Below are positions 49,561 to 60,636 of a DNA stretch of 64,000 nucleotides, in pieces; the stretch's first letter is position 1; every line of letters starts with the position of its first letter. The DNA lies in assembly GCA_028534125.1 (NCBI GenBank), contig CM052818.1:46006001-46070000 (forward strand). The letters run 5' to 3'. The position numbers were made by a program, and so were the translations under genes. The stretch comes from Lama glama (taxonomy: Eukaryota). Below the pieces are notes generated by a model that was not told where the DNA came from, made no database searches, and saw nothing but the letters and a program-made list of their open reading frames with translations.

Positions 49561-51427
49561 TGGAATGAATAATTTTTGCTATAAAAAATTCCTGGAATTA
49601 ATATTTATGGAATACTTACTGTGTGCTGGGAGAGAGACAAGCACTGTCCCTGCCCTCAAGTTGGGGAAATACCATGGCACGTAGTAAACAACAAACCACT
49701 TTTTAAAGACCCTGCAAGATGTAAGGACCTGAACAGTAAACTATATAGGGTGATACAGAACCTTGAGCCTCCCAGCCAAAGTATCTTTAGCATCTGTGAT
49801 GTTTAACTTCAATGAGCGATTTTTTTAAAGCACCTTAAAGCTTTTTCCATCAACAAATATTTGATTTTCTAATCAATTGGTCAATTGGGTACATGCTCAG
49901 CCCTGTGGATCTTGCCTACAAAGCAAATGATCTGAAACTACACACCCTGAAGAGGCAAACACGTGTTCTCCCTCAGGTGCAGAGAGCCTAGCCCCGTGGG
50001 ACAGACAAGGCGTTAGCCATTTCCTATCTGTGAGAGTTGCAAAGCTGCCTCCAACTCACATGTCATCCATCATATCTCCTGCCAGTCTCTTCTGCAGAGT
50101 TCATACTGGCCCATGCTTTGTCCTGGTGTCCCGCTGGTCCCTGCGGCCTAGCCTCCCAGGGGAAAGCCCCATTGTCTAAAGCTGTAGACGAGACCCTGTG
50201 CCCAGAATACACCTTTCAAAGGGGCACCCAAAGGGGAGCTCCAAGAGCCAATGCAGAGAGAGGCTGGTGTGCAGGCTCTGAGAAACAACAGGCAGGGGGA
50301 GCCCAGCTGCAGGGGGAGCCCACTGTGGTCCAAAGGAGGGGAGAGACAGGAGGACCTCACTCTCCCACCTCCTGTGCTCCCAGACCCGGCGGGAGATTCC
50401 GACATCATGGGGGCCGGAAAGGAAACATCTCAGCTGCTTAGAAAGACTTGGGCAGGGTGATACAGAACCAGAGCAAGCTGGGAGAAGAAATGAGAAGTGT
50501 GGAGAATGAGGCTGGCAGAAACATCATGTGCAGTGTCTTTATTCTGCAGAAAAGCTGAGGCTGAGTTTTCAGGGAGGGAGGGAGACCCTAAAGGGAGAGA
50601 GTGACTCCTTCCTTTCAGAACCACCCAGAATGAACAATTCCATCTCCCTCCAAGAACAACAGCAAAGCACAGGGTTTCGGCCTGAAAGAGGCCTCTGAGG
50701 AGAAGATGCTCTTCATCACCATCAGGACCACACTATGCAGCACAGCTGAGCACTTACTGTAGGTCAGACACTACTGTGCTTTACACAAACCAGCTCATTT
50801 AATCAACAACCACCTTAGGAAAGAGGACACAGAGATGCAAAGAGGTTAGTAACTTGCCCGGGGCCATGCTGCTGGTGAACGGCAGAACTGGGCTGGAATC
50901 CAGGTTTTCTGAGATCCACTTCAACCCTGTGCCTAGTCAGCTGTCTTTTGAATGCAAGCTTCAGATAATTTTCCCTAGTACAGAAACTGTTCTGAATTGC
51001 CACTGCACATTTAATGACCATAAATTACTCTTGTAAATTATTTCTCCTCAATAAAATTGATCAAAGTGTGCAATGATCATATCTGTCCCCAAGTCATTAT
51101 ACACAACCCACAGTAATGATGTGAGGCTGTACTCTGCCATCTATATAGGCTGTGATTTTGAAATATTTGTGAGCCAAGAGAGTCAGAGGATTATTTAAAA
51201 ATCAATTTTACAGTGTTGTAAATCCTCTCTTTTCCTTATACAGGAAGAGGCGTGGGGGTCAATATAGAAAAGAAAATAGAAAGAGATGACTTGGAGTAAT
51301 TGACCCCTACATCTGATCAATATCTGAAATGTCTTTCACCTTTTCTTCTCCCGTCAGCCACATCACCATTGCCTTCATTCAGGCTCCTCAAGCCTTCTGG
51401 TTTCTGCAACTGCCTCCTACCTTAAGT

Positions 51428-51468
51428 CTCCTTCCTCTTCCTCTTCCTCTTCCTCTTCCTCTTCTTCT

Positions 51469-51503
<35 letters not shown>

Positions 51504-51576
51504 TTCCTCTTCTTCTTCTTCCTCTTCTTCTTCCTCTTCTTCTTCTTCCTCTTCTTCTTCTTCTTCTTCCTCTTCC

Positions 51577-51613
<37 letters not shown>

Positions 51614-51681
51614 TTTCCTCTTCTTCTTCTCCTTCTCCTTCTCCTTCTTCTCCTGGAAGGGGAGGGCAGGTAATTTGGGTT

Positions 51682-51712
<31 letters not shown>

Positions 51713-51792
51713 ACAGAGGTACCAGGGATTGAACCCAGGACCTCGTACATGCTACACATGCACTCTAACCACTGAGCTATTTTCTCCCCCCA
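51428..51792 (-). mobile_element. Vic-1-like SINE whose tail is a ~220-bp (CTT/CCT)n microsatellite
   Basis: SINE body 51655-51790; ACCTTAAGT repeated at 51419-51427 and 51793-51801. Confidence 0.85.
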
Positions 51793-51889
51793 ACCTTAAG
51801 TTTTCTAACCCATCCTCCATATTATATGCAGAGGGATCCTTCTAGAAAATTCCATCAAGTCATTCTCTTGCTTAAAAGTATCTGATGAT

Positions 51890-52130
51890 AGAGACAGAAA
51901 GTAGATGGCATTTACCAGAGCTGGAGTAGGAGAGGGAATGCAGAGCTGTTGTTTAATGGGCACAGGGTTTCAGTTTGGGAAAATGAAAAAGTTCTGGAGA
52001 TGGATGGTGGCGACCGGTGCACCATGATGAGAAGTGCTTAATGCCACTGAGCTGTACGTTGCAAAATGATTAAAATGGTCAATTGTATGTTACATGTATT
52101 TTACCAGAATAAGAGTATAAATAGAAATAG
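51890..52130 (+). mobile_element. L1MB-like 3' fragment with 13-bp TSD
   Basis: AGTATCTGATGAT at 51877-51889 and 52131-52143; gtttaatgggcacagggtttcagtttggga..gaaaaagttctggagatggatggtgg. Confidence 0.8.
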
Positions 52131-52659
52131 AGTATCTGATGATTCCTGATTGTCTCAGGATACAATATCCATTCAGAAAGACATTCAGGGCTCCTCAGAA
52201 GGTGGTCTCATTCTTCATTACCCCCCACTTCCTTGCCTGGGCCACACACACACCACGTCCCACCCCTTCTGTTCCCCAGACACACCACACCTTCTCATGA
52301 CTCCTGCCTCTGTCTGTGCTGTTTCTCTCTGGAGTGCACTGCTTGCCCTCCCTTCAGTGGCCAAGAACATCTTAATCTTTAAGACACATTTAAACCGGGT
52401 CAGAAGTCTTCACACCTCCATACCTGGCACCAGATATGACCTCCTTCTCTAAGGCACAGGCCCTGTCTTTGTCCCCTTGTCTCCCCAAGGCCTCACAGAC
52501 ACTCAATAAGTGTTTGTTAACTGTTTAATGAATCAGATTTTTGTCTTCATCCTGGGGGAGCTTTACAAGACATATATAAATGAAGTAATTCATTGCTAAA
52601 AAGCATGATGCAACCTAGAGGTGGAATAGCATCTTGGACAAGAGAGAGATCTGTGTGGA

Positions 52660-53159
52660 NNNNNNNNNNNNNNNNNNNNNNNNNNNNNNNNNNNNNNNNN
52701 NNNNNNNNNNNNNNNNNNNNNNNNNNNNNNNNNNNNNNNNNNNNNNNNNNNNNNNNNNNNNNNNNNNNNNNNNNNNNNNNNNNNNNNNNNNNNNNNNNNN
52801 NNNNNNNNNNNNNNNNNNNNNNNNNNNNNNNNNNNNNNNNNNNNNNNNNNNNNNNNNNNNNNNNNNNNNNNNNNNNNNNNNNNNNNNNNNNNNNNNNNNN
52901 NNNNNNNNNNNNNNNNNNNNNNNNNNNNNNNNNNNNNNNNNNNNNNNNNNNNNNNNNNNNNNNNNNNNNNNNNNNNNNNNNNNNNNNNNNNNNNNNNNNN
53001 NNNNNNNNNNNNNNNNNNNNNNNNNNNNNNNNNNNNNNNNNNNNNNNNNNNNNNNNNNNNNNNNNNNNNNNNNNNNNNNNNNNNNNNNNNNNNNNNNNNN
53101 NNNNNNNNNNNNNNNNNNNNNNNNNNNNNNNNNNNNNNNNNNNNNNNNNNNNNNNNNNN
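52660..53159. other. Assembly gap (500 N)
   Basis: Run of exactly 500 N. Confidence 1.
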
Positions 53160-54814
53160 TCCTGTGTGCATTGTTCTCCGACTGTTCTGTGTTCATTCAT
53201 CCATTCAACTGTCCTGAATTGTCTGCAGATGAGTCATAATTTGGGAAATGGGTGCTGATCTGTTGCTTTATGTACCAAAACTTAAAAAAAATCCAAATAC
53301 TCTGAACATTAAAAAATACAGACGGACATATATATGTACATATATAGTGTACAACTGACTTCAGCAACAACAAAAAATGAGAACATAATGAACATTTCTG
53401 TGATAATTAAGGCTCCCTGCTATGTACATAGCTCTGCCTGAGACACGTGGGTTGTGCGCCCTTCCACTAAAAGGCACCAGCCTCCTGGGCTCTCTCATTA
53501 GCTTTTTGTAGGTTTGTCGTCTCCACCTGTCAAGTGATTGCCTTGCACAGACCTTGGAGGTAGATGGGCTCCTAGGTCAGACCATGGGGACAGGCCCGGG
53601 CTGGCCCCAGAGCCCAGCTCTTCCTCTGCTCTGAATCATCTGATCGGAAGGCAGAGTGGATTTCAGAGGGTCTCCCCGGAGTAATTCTATTCCTACCTTC
53701 CAAACCTCGGTGGTCACTTCCAGATTTTGGTGGCTGGGACGTCAGGTCACTGAGCATCTGAGAACTGAAAAGACAAGGAGAACTTCCCAGCTCTTCCCTG
53801 AGCTGCGGTTTGGGGGCCCCACCTCTGTGCCCTCCGTTCAGCTCCTCGTAGGCATCGACTATGTCTTAATCATTTTTTGAAATCCCAGCCCCTAAGGCAG
53901 TGTCAGGGACATGGTAGACTCAAATATTTTGTTGAGCGAACTAATAGGAAATTGAGCCTGAGTCAGGGGTAGGGGGCTCCTGGGAGCTCCTCACACACTT
54001 TTTCTTGTGTGAGCATTAGTGCAAGAACTTGAGAACTTAAGGACATTTCTCTGATGCTCAGGGACCTTCAGGGCCAACTTTCAGGTTCTTAGTGTGCCCA
54101 GCATAGCAGGTGTACTCCCTGCTTCTGGAATACCTGCAGAATATCCAGCTCTGCTTTGTATGCTTTCCTCTGTGAATTTGTTACCATTCTAGTGATTTCA
54201 AATATGGTTGGGTTCAAAGTAAGCACACAGTGCGAACAATTGCTGGTATTAGAAATGTCCCCCTTGATGGCCCAGACTCACTCTCAAAGCAAGCCCTCAC
54301 TGAATGCCTTCTATGGATCAGAGTCACCAGGGGCATGGAAAGCAAATGCAACTCTGCCCACTGGAAGGTCACAGTCTAGTAGCAGAGGTGGGAGAGGAGG
54401 TGAGAGACAGACATGTAACTAATTAAAGGGAACAGATAAGAGATGGGGAGGGACTCTTTCCCTGCAGATGCACTGAGTGTAAAAAAACAGAGACTTCTAC
54501 ATGAAAATGAAATCAGCAGCTGAGTCACCAGCAGATGTATACTTAGCCACCCACGAGTCTCAGATAACTAAACATTGTTCCCAGGCCAGCAACCACTGGA
54601 GTTTTCATCTTCCATTGTAGGTAGTGCAGAGTCTTGTTTATTGCAGTAGAAGACGACTGGAAATCAGCAGACCTGATTTTGAATCTTGACTCTGTAGCTT
54701 ACCAATTTAGACTGATAATTTAACCTCCCTGAGCAGCAGTTTACTTACCCGTGCAGAGGGATCATCACGTCTAACTTTTGTTGAGAGGGCACTATGGAGA
54801 TGAGATCTAAAAAG

Positions 54815-55420
54815 AAAATCTCTGGGCATATGTTCAGAGGAAACTCTAAGTCTAAAAGATACATGGACCTCAATGTTCATAGCAGCACTATTTACAATAG
54901 CTAAGACATGGAGGCAACCTAAATGTCCATTGACAGATAAATAGATAAAGAAGATGTAATACACACACACACAGACACACACACACACAGACACACACAC
55001 ACACACAGTGGAATACTACTCAGTCATAAAAAAGAATAAAGTAATGCCGTTTGTAACAACATGGATAGACCTGGAGATCATCATTCTAAGTGAAGTAAGC
55101 CAGAAAGAGAAAGAAAAATACCATATGATATCACTTGTATATGGAATCTTAAAAAAAAGAACACAAATGAACTTATTTACAAAATAGAAACAGACTCAGA
55201 CATAGAAAACAAAGTTATGGTTACAGAGGGAAAGGGAATGGGAGGGAGAAATTAGGAGTTTGAGATTTGTAGATACTAACCACTACATATTCAATATCTT
55301 GTAATGGCCTATAATGAAAAAGAATATGAAAAGAAATATATATATAAATAAATTACTATGCCGTACACCAGAAATTAACAGAACATTGAAAATCAACTAT
55401 ACTCAATTCAAAAAAAAACC
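54815..55420 (+). mobile_element. L1 3' end (cetartiodactyl type) with an internal (CA)n
   Basis: caatgttcatagcagcactatttacaatagctaagacatggaggcaacctaaatgtccattgacaga...; A tail. Confidence 0.85.
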
Positions 55421-55534
55421 CTTACCCTCAGGAAATGCACAGTCTGGCAAAGGAGGGAGGTGAGACTGATATGTCACAGACATACACTAAAAGTTAGTAA
55501 AAGATATCATATCATTTGTTGAATGAAAGTGTTA

Positions 55535-55815
55535 GTAACGATTTCCCAGAGAAAGAGAATATGCATCACATATATGTTTAAGGATTTATTATAAGGAATA
55601 ACAAGTCCAAAATTTGTGGTTGGGCTTGCAGGTTGGAGACGTAGGAAAACTGATATTTTCATTTGCATCTGAAGGTTGTCTGTTGTAGACCCAGGGAGAG
55701 CTGATGTTGCAGATGAAGTCCAAAGGCCGTCTGCAGGAGAATTCTCACTTGCTAGGGTGAGACCATTCTTTTTGTTCTAGTCAGGCCTTCAGCTGATTAG
55801 ATGTGGCCCACCTGC
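55535..55815. mobile_element. MLT2-like LTR fragment
   Basis: gatttattataaggaat..aagtccaaaat..caggttggagac..ctgatgttgcag..aagtcc..caggccttcagctgattagatg. Confidence 0.6.
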
Positions 55816-56934
55816 ATATGTAAAACCATATGAATGTGTCCATATGAAAAAAGCTACATCTGGAAGGAGGTCAATAAAATGCCCATGGTGGTTCCCTTGC
55901 AGAGGCAGCCTCTCAGGTTCTTTTTACTCTCCTTTGTACATTTATATATTATTTCATTGTTTTGTATAATGAGTGCTATTGTATTTTTTATTAACATTAC
56001 CATCATCAAAAAAGCAATCAAGCTTTGAAAAAAAAATACTCTTGCCTGGCATATAGGAAATGCTGGAGCCCTTCTCCAAGAGGCCAGCAGACCAAAAACT
56101 GGTTCAGATTGGCTGAAATTCTGCCAGTGAACTTTTATTCTTCAAACATAAGATCTTTCTTCCCTCTTGAAATGCAAATTGTGGCAGAAGGAATATTGCT
56201 TGAAGACCTATTTTTTAAGGATGGGATGATTTAATTAGATTTTTTTGTTTAGTTTTGATTAGTTTTTTTTTTCCCTGAGGGCACACAGTGAGAGCTGGAA
56301 AACAAATGTGTCGCCAAGGGGTATCTAGGAGGTGCCAGGAATGAGACACTGGTGAGCACAGGGGGATGCCTGCAGATGGTGAGAATGAACCTGGCCCACT
56401 GCACGCCTGAGTTCTGTAGGCCTGACCCCAGCCCCCAGCAAAGGAATGTGAAGGAAAACCTTTCCCTGATTGGACTCCTTTGATTTCCCCGCCTGTCCTG
56501 GCTCTAACTGAATCTCACTTAGCTCCTCCAGGTGGAGTGGATAATGGGGACAACTTTTCAGCTACCCACTGAACAGAATTATTGATAATCATTATATGGA
56601 AATTTGCAATGAAAAGTCCCACTGGAATGTTTGTTTGTCAGTGAACTATCTGCCATATGGCAGGAGAGGAAGAAGTTCCTCTCCAATGACCCACTGCTGT
56701 GGGCAAATAAGCCACTGAAACAATTGATGAGAGTAAACTCAACCAGAAGGACTCATTCATTCTGAAATGTACACTGAACGTGGCCATTCTGCAGACAATT
56801 AACTCCCTAATTACAACAGTGATTTAAGAGATAAGCCTTCACTAACTTTTTATAAGGCTCTGAGGCTCCTTACAGCAGGACAGATATCTCCCTCCCTCCC
56901 CCTGCACTTTACCACCAAGCAGAGGGAAAGAAGG

Positions 56935-57620
56935 GAAAAACTAATACTTACTGAACACTTGCTATGTGCCCAGCACTGTTCTGTGTGACAGCTCCACAAG
57001 CCCTTCGGGTAGGGGTTATTTTTACAGGTTAGGAAACTGAGATTCAGAGAGGATCATAGTGTTCAAGGTCAAACCGCAAATAACCGGCAGAGCTGGGATT
57101 GAGAGGATCTTCTGGCTTCAAGTTCAGTGTGCTCCCTCCTGCTCCAGCGGCTTCTTTTCACCAGACAATTGAGAAAAAAGAACAAGAACATCAAACAAAT
57201 AATGGAAGAACTTCTGGGTCCTTTTTTTGTTAGTTGTCTATTCCCTAGAGTTCTTTCCAGCACATTGGATGTGAATGTTTAACACGTTTCATATTTACTG
57301 GGATGAAACCCTCAGAGAATGGAGACTAGTGTGATCTTTCCCAGAGTCCCTCCAGCACCGAGCAAAGGTCTGGCAGAGCCGTTACAGGGATGGGCTCTGG
57401 TGCCCAGACTGCGTGCATAGGTCTGCTATCCACTAGCTGTTCGACACTGTGCACAATCCTCAACCTCCCTGTGCCTCAATTTCTTTACCTGTGAAATGGA
57501 GACGGTGATGATAATGGTACCTACTTCACAGTGGCATCGAGCAGATTACGTGAGTTAATATTTGCAAAAGACTTAAAATAGTGGTTGACACACGTAATCA
57601 CTGAATAAGTATTAAGCTCT
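56935..57620. repeat. Two MIR SINEs (further MIR fragments at ~420-550, 2160-2340, 6480-6660, 7900-8060, 13300-13440, 18140-18290, 43560-43850, 50740-50930)
   Basis: MIR core motifs (ttttacag..gaggaaactgag; gcctcaatttct..acctgtgaaatgg). Confidence 0.7.
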
Positions 57621-59339
57621 TTATGTATCCAGTGACTTCAACTCCCCAGAGCTTTAATTTTCTCCAACTGAGTTCTTTCAGGTGCAGAGGACTTTAGGTA
57701 TGACTTACCCCTCTGGTCCCACATAAATGGGGACTTTACAGTTTCCAAGTGTGCCATTGTTTCCAAGCAGTTTTCACCCATGACTCTAGATGATTGTAAC
57801 TACATGAGTTGATACTCAATAAATATTTGATGATTGGATAAAAGCAGAAATTTTAGAGACCGAGTTACAAAGAGCAGCAGAAACTTGCCCAAGGTCACCT
57901 TGGGAGATGGCAGTACAGCTCAGACTTTCTGACAGAGAATTAGTGTGCTTGCCCCTACCCTCCTTCCCTACCACTAGGGTTCAGTTCCCAGGACAGTTCT
58001 GCTCAAGGGTCTCCATCCCCCATTCACTACCACTGGTTTCTCCCTCTGGCCTGGGCTGTCTCCAATTTCAGTAAGCTTGAAATTCACTGGTCATACAGAA
58101 AGCATTTTATCTGCCCTTCCACATGCAAATTCTTTCCATTGGGATTTCTTGGTGTTCAGCTCCACCCCAGCCCACATGGCCATAAATACTCGGGTGTCTA
58201 CAACCCCAGGGATTCCAGAAATAACAGCATGGCCCTCCATTAGAACGCTGGAACATAGTTAGGCATTTCTGCATTAAGACGCGAGCCCTTTTCAGCCCAG
58301 GCCTCTCCTGTCCATCAAAGCACAAAGCAACCTTTACAAGTTAGGACAGGGAGGGGCCACTGGGACGGAGTTTGGATTTCTGGAAAGTCCACACCTTCTC
58401 CTGCCATCTGTCTGCACTCAGATCTTCCATTCTAGACAGTTTCCAGATCTGCTACTGTCTCCAGTCAGAATTTGAAGTTCTTTCTCGGCTGTAGCATTCT
58501 TTGCTTTCAATGATCCATTCTCGCTTGGACATGCTGGAACTGGAATTATGGCAGCCTGAGCCCAGAAGGCAGTTTTCATCTTACGATGACACAAAGGCCA
58601 CTTTCCAGACACCCAGGACAGCCACCTTATTTGGAGTCAGGCACTGGAGAGGTGCCAGGAGAGAAGGGAGTGGCTGGGAGTGCCCGGTTTATAGAGAAAG
58701 GAAAGGGCTAGCAATGACCCTGAATAAAAGGCATCTGGGGCCATCATTTTCATTTCAGAAGGGTGTTCACCAGGAGAAAGTCACAAGTCAACATCTACAG
58801 AGAGATGTTTAGCTTTACAAGTGTCCTCTCAAAAATAACACCAGAAAATAAAAAAGCATGTTTACATAAGACAGCAATGATGTGAAAAATAGGTACTTAG
58901 ATGCATGACCTGGAAAAGCTGGAGAGAAATATAAAAAGTTGCTATTTGGGGGGGAGGGGTGGCTTGAATGGGTGTTTTTCTCCAAATTATCCTTAATGTC
59001 TTTTCCTATTTTAAAGAAAATCATAATATTTGGCATTGCCAGAGAGACCTGCCTAGACTTTCGGGGGATATTTTCCAAGGGAATTCCAGGTTTTAGGGGC
59101 CCGTCTGAAAACGAATTTATTGTGTAAAACCCACTCTTAGGCCACTTTCTCCTGGAACTAATTTATCTTTAATGGTGATAGGATTACTTCTAATTTGCAG
59201 CACTCATCGCAATGTAATTAAAGGCTGGTATCAGTGTACTGAGCTCCAAACCTTTTGTCACGAATAGGAAGGTGGAGGAAAGAAAGGCGCTTGTGCAACA
59301 AAACAGCTTATGGTGTCACCCTCTCAGGCTCGACCTCAC

Positions 59340-59439
59340 TGGGGCCGACGACAGCAGTAGCTGCATTAGCCCCTAAGATGCAATGCACCATTTGCAACGG
59401 TGCTGCAGCAGGAGCCGCGGCCACGGCCGGAGAGGTCAT
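59340..59439 (-). pseudogene. Candidate first coding exon of the minus-strand gene (MTSPAVAAAPAAAPLQMVHCILGANAATAVVGP)
   Basis: ATG at 59439, ~75 bp from the X-box. Donor CCCA|GTGAGG is phase 1, matching the phase-1 start of the 49097 exon. Confidence 0.4.
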
Positions 59440-59513
59440 GCGAGCCTCCCGCTCCCGTGCCGCACCCACGAGTGCCGGGGGTGGCGGGGAGGATGAGGGG
59501 AGTTGGTAACAGC

Positions 59514-59537
59514 ATCGCCATGGCAACAGTGACGTCC
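59514..59537. promoter_or_regulatory. RFX X-box with adjacent CRE-like site
   Basis: ATCGCCATGGCAAC (59514-59527) matches the palindromic X-box GTTGCCATGGCAAC at 12/14. TGACGTCC (59530-59537) is 7/8 CRE. Extra GGTAAC half-site at 59505-59510. Confidence 0.7.
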
Positions 59538-59734
59538 TTTTACCCTGGATCTAATTGGAGGAAACCCCGTGGCCGAAGCCGCAGCCTGCCGGCCAACCGA
59601 ACTTGCCCAAGCCGACCCACCCTCCTAGCCTTCGCTTCCCCTCTCGCCCCGCCCCCTTCGCCCCCTTCCGCGCGCTCAGTCCTGATTGGTCAGTAGCAGG
59701 ACGGGAGGCGGGACTCTCCAAGGCAGCTCGGCGC

Positions 59735-59876
59735 GTCATTGGGTGGTGGGAGCGAGGGCAGTAGCCCGGCGGTCCGCCTCTCGGCTCCGAGGTAGGCTGA
59801 GACGGGAGGGTCCTCGGCTAAAGCCAAAAGCGGATCAAAGTGGTGGGACTCGCGCCGCGGCCGCGGAGACGTGAAG
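59735..59876 (+). other. YWHAQ: YWHAQ non-coding exon 1 (5' UTR; start approximate)
   Basis: Ends at GTGAAG|GTGAGC donor (59877). A GC-rich intron 59877-60278 follows and ends in a pyrimidine tract + CAG. It lies just downstream of CCAAT and GC boxes. Confidence 0.8.
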
Positions 59877-60342
59877 GTGAGCGCCAGGGTCGCCCTCGGC
59901 CCTCCTCGGGTCTGGCCGGGCCTGAGGGCCGGGCGGGAGGCCAGCCCCGGGGGGCGACAGGCCTCTTCGCCGCTCTCCTCAGGGACCGCTCCGGCGGGAA
60001 GGTGCGGGCCAACGGCCGCTTCCATTTTGGGCCGGGCGGGAACAGGAGCGGCCCTTCCTCCTCATCCTTTTTCTCCCGCCGCGGGCCGCCTCGGCGGGCG
60101 TCCCCCGGCCTCCCGGGCGCCCCGCGGGGAGCGTGGGCGGGGGAGGGAAATTCAACTGGGCCGCGCGTGCGGCGACAGACAAAAGGGGCTGCGGGCGGGC
60201 GGCGGGGCGGCGGGCGCATTGTCTGACGGCGCCGCCCCCGCCCTTCTGCCCGCGTCCCCGCCCGCCGCCCTCCCGCAGGCCCCCCGCACGCCTGCTCGCG
60301 ATCCGGGTCGGTGCTCGTCCTCGTTCTCCTGTCCCCGTCCCC

Positions 60343-60636
60343 ATGGAGAAGACGGAGCTGATCCAGAAGGCCAAGCTGGCCGAGCAGGCCGAGCGCTACG
60401 ACGACATGGCCACCTGCATGAAGGCCGTGACGGAGCAGGGCGCCGAGCTGTCCAACGAGGAGCGCAACCTGCTCTCGGTGGCCTACAAGAACGTGGTCGG
60501 GGGCCGCAGGTCCGCCTGGAGGGTCATCTCGAGTATCGAGCAGAAAACGGACACCTCCGACAAGAAGTTGCAGCTGATTAAGGACTATCGGGAGAAAGTG
60601 GAGTCCGAGCTGAGGTCCATCTGTACCACGGTCCTG
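60343..60636 (+). CDS. YWHAQ: 14-3-3 protein theta, first coding exon (codons 1-98); gene continues beyond the window
   Basis: Translation [98 protein letters not shown] matches the 14-3-3 theta N-terminus. The 294 nt end at a phase-0 donor CTG|GTGAGT (60637). Exon acceptor ccctcccgcag|G at 60279. Confidence 0.98.

Larger units (their letters stand above)
86..59439 (-). pseudogene. Putative decayed multi-exon RGS22/RGSL1-like gene, head-to-head with YWHAQ (3' end may extend left of the window)
   Basis: About 20 colinear exon-like segments on the - strand with AG/GT boundaries and RGS-like motifs (LVQDSRLLTAFMEKF; EHFIDSLVGSKDS*MLLFY; DLNNFLKYLSN; ERAVDLIEKYL; KKPRTIEEV; PGLWDQAAVSLHR*LTPLRKSW). 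Multiple in-frame stops and frameshifts. Confidence 0.6.

Noticed and set aside
51329..51673. Leu/Pro-rich ORF resembling a signal or transmembrane peptide (similarly Lys/Arg/Glu ORF 46272-46586 and His/Thr ORFs 18272-18769)
   Set aside because: Translations of microsatellite or low-complexity DNA.
58050..58650. Non-repeat stretch with short minus-strand ORFs, a possible extra exon of the hidden gene
   Set aside because: No convincing splice-site pair or family motif, and stops in all frames; left uncalled.
59818..60581. Overlapping Arg/Gly/Pro-rich ORFs and an apparent N-terminal extension of 14-3-3 from GTG 60133
   Set aside because: Stop-poor CpG-island sequence; the extension starts in intron 1, upstream of the acceptor at 60279.
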